From contig NZ_CP171361.1 of assembly GCF_043520715.1 (NCBI RefSeq), positions 1,057,941 to 1,097,940 on the forward strand: a stretch of DNA of 40,000 nt, read 5' to 3'. Shown here piece by piece: positions 39,450-40,000 of this stretch. Below the pieces are notes generated by a model, which worked only from the letters and a program-made list of their open reading frames with translations, did no database searches and was not told the origin of the DNA. Positions within the stretch are counted from its first letter, which is position 1, and each line of letters starts with the position of its first letter. A program made the translations under genes and the position numbers. Source of the DNA: Megasphaera hexanoica (GTDB taxonomy: Bacteria; Bacillota; Negativicutes; Veillonellales; Megasphaeraceae).

Positions 39450-39650
39450 CAGTGGGTAGTTCTGAGCATGACTAATAGAACAAGCTTCACTATTACAACC
39501 CCAATTGCTTTTAGTAGGTGCTTGGCTGGCGTTGTATCTGATTATGGTGATGCACGGCTTTCATTTGGATTCAACCATGATAAGCTTGTCTGCTATGGTC
39601 CAGGTCTATCCACCCCTACAACTTGCAATATTATCATGATTGGTATTTAG
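39450..39650 (+). other. Silent tail-fibre C-terminal cassette 4 (66 aa, QWVVLSMTNRTSFTITTPIAF...CNIIMIGI*)
   Basis: Open frame from the degenerate core to the TAG. The track ORF 39375-39650 is an artefactual upstream extension of it. Confidence 0.75.
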
Positions 39651-39651
39651 A

Positions 39652-39831
39652 CAGTGGGGATATGGCAACGAGGCTATGCCACTTAACCTGCCTTTATCGG
39701 CAGCGATATTAAGTATTGTCGGGATGCACGAAGGCACCACTAAACAAGTTGTGACTTACTCGGCAAGGCAAAATAAATGGATTGGAGACGACTCGGAATT
39801 AGCCCTACTATACATTGCTCTCTGTAAATAG
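39652..39831 (+). other. Silent tail-fibre C-terminal cassette 5 (59 aa, QWGYGNEAMPLNLPLSA...LALLYIALCK*)
   Basis: Open frame from the core to the TAG; no start codon at the core. Confidence 0.7.
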
Positions 39832-39832
39832 A

Positions 39833-40000
39833 CAGTGGGGAAGTCAGCAGTCTGGCAACAACTGGCAAGTATACTATCCCATGGTTTTCAACAGCGCAGT
39901 ATACGGCGTCTGGATCATTGATTACGCCGCAAAGACTAATAATTTACAGTATGCTGGCGTAGGCGAGTCAGAAAGTGGGCTAAATGGATTTAAGATGTAT
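39833..40000 (+). other. Silent tail-fibre C-terminal cassette 6 (partial, QWGSQQSGNNWQVYYPMVF...), truncated by the window end
   Basis: Open frame from the core at 39832-39841 to the window end. Confidence 0.7.

Larger units (their letters stand above)
38523..39841. repeat. Eight copies of a 10-13 bp core (T-N-N-ACAGTGGGGA). Perfect copies: 38523-38532 (+, inside the fibre gene), 38951-38960 (+), 39171-39180 (+), 39436-39445 (-), 39651-39660 (+), 39832-39841 (+). Degenerate copies: 38728-38737 (+, ACAGTGGATA) and 39449-39458 (+, ACAGTGGGTA)
   Basis: Direct reading of the sequence. T at position -3 occurs in all 8 copies. In the six direct junctions each copy abuts the previous cassette's stop codon. 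I saw no other perfect copy in the window. A given 10-mer is expected about 0.08 times in 40 kb counting both strands. Confidence 0.9.
5589..40000. mobile_element. Integrated tailed prophage (contractile tail, HK97-type head), truncated by the window end
   Basis: Contiguous integrase, cI/cro switch, early genes, HNH-terS-terL-portal-protease-capsid, sheath-tube-TMP-baseplate-fibre. The left junction lies somewhere in 5589-5665, next to tRNA-Arg. The right end is beyond 40000. Confidence 0.93.

Noticed and set aside
38523-39841. Whether the regularly spaced ACAGTGGGGA repeats could be a CRISPR array
   Set aside because: The repeats are only 10-13 bp (CRISPR repeats are typically about 23-50 bp or more). 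The spacers are 180-260 bp and are intact in-frame coding cassettes homologous in layout to the fibre C-terminus. One repeat is inverted. There is no leader or cas gene.
37750-40000. A diversity-generating retroelement as the explanation for fibre variability
   Set aside because: There is no reverse transcriptase gene and no template/variable repeat pair with adenine-specific differences in the window. The variants are whole divergent domains, not point-mutated copies.

Overview
The window has two parts. (1) Positions 1-5.66 kb hold an rRNA operon on the + strand: promoter, 16S, tRNA-Ile(GAU), tRNA-Ala(UGC), 23S, 5S, tRNA-Trp(CCA), tRNA-Arg(ACG) and a terminator hairpin. From memory the 16S resembles Megasphaera-type Veillonellaceae (Negativicutes); I cannot verify this here. 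All ORF-track entries inside the rRNA are spurious. (2) From about 5.6 kb to the window end lies an integrated contractile-tailed prophage, truncated on the right. Its parts, in order:
- a large serine integrase abutting tRNA-Arg;
- a lysogeny module (DEDDh exonuclease-BRCT gene, cI-like repressor, three operator-like sites, cro-like gene);
- a mosaic early region with many small genes, two minus-strand morons, an SNF2-helicase/beta-class methyltransferase fusion, two Lar-like proteins, an HUH Rep-like protein behind a large hairpin, RusA and a sigma-like late regulator;
- an HNH/P27-terS/terL/HK97 portal-protease-capsid head module;
- a PBSX-like tail module (sheath, tube, chaperone with a -1 frameshift, tape measure, hub-lysin, baseplate, tail fibre).
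The most interesting signal is at 38.5-40.0 kb. The tail-fibre gene is followed by an array of at least 7 silent cassettes with no start codon or RBS. Each encodes an alternative ~60-78 aa C-terminal (receptor-binding-type, QWG...IAIG-type) domain. Each begins exactly at a conserved core, TNNACAGTGGGGA, which also occurs in-frame inside the expressed fibre gene. One cassette is inverted and the rest are direct. I read this as a candidate multi-cassette tail-fibre (host-range) switching system. Its recombinase is not visible in the window, and its mostly direct-repeat layout differs from classical Gin/Cin/Min or R64 shufflon layouts.
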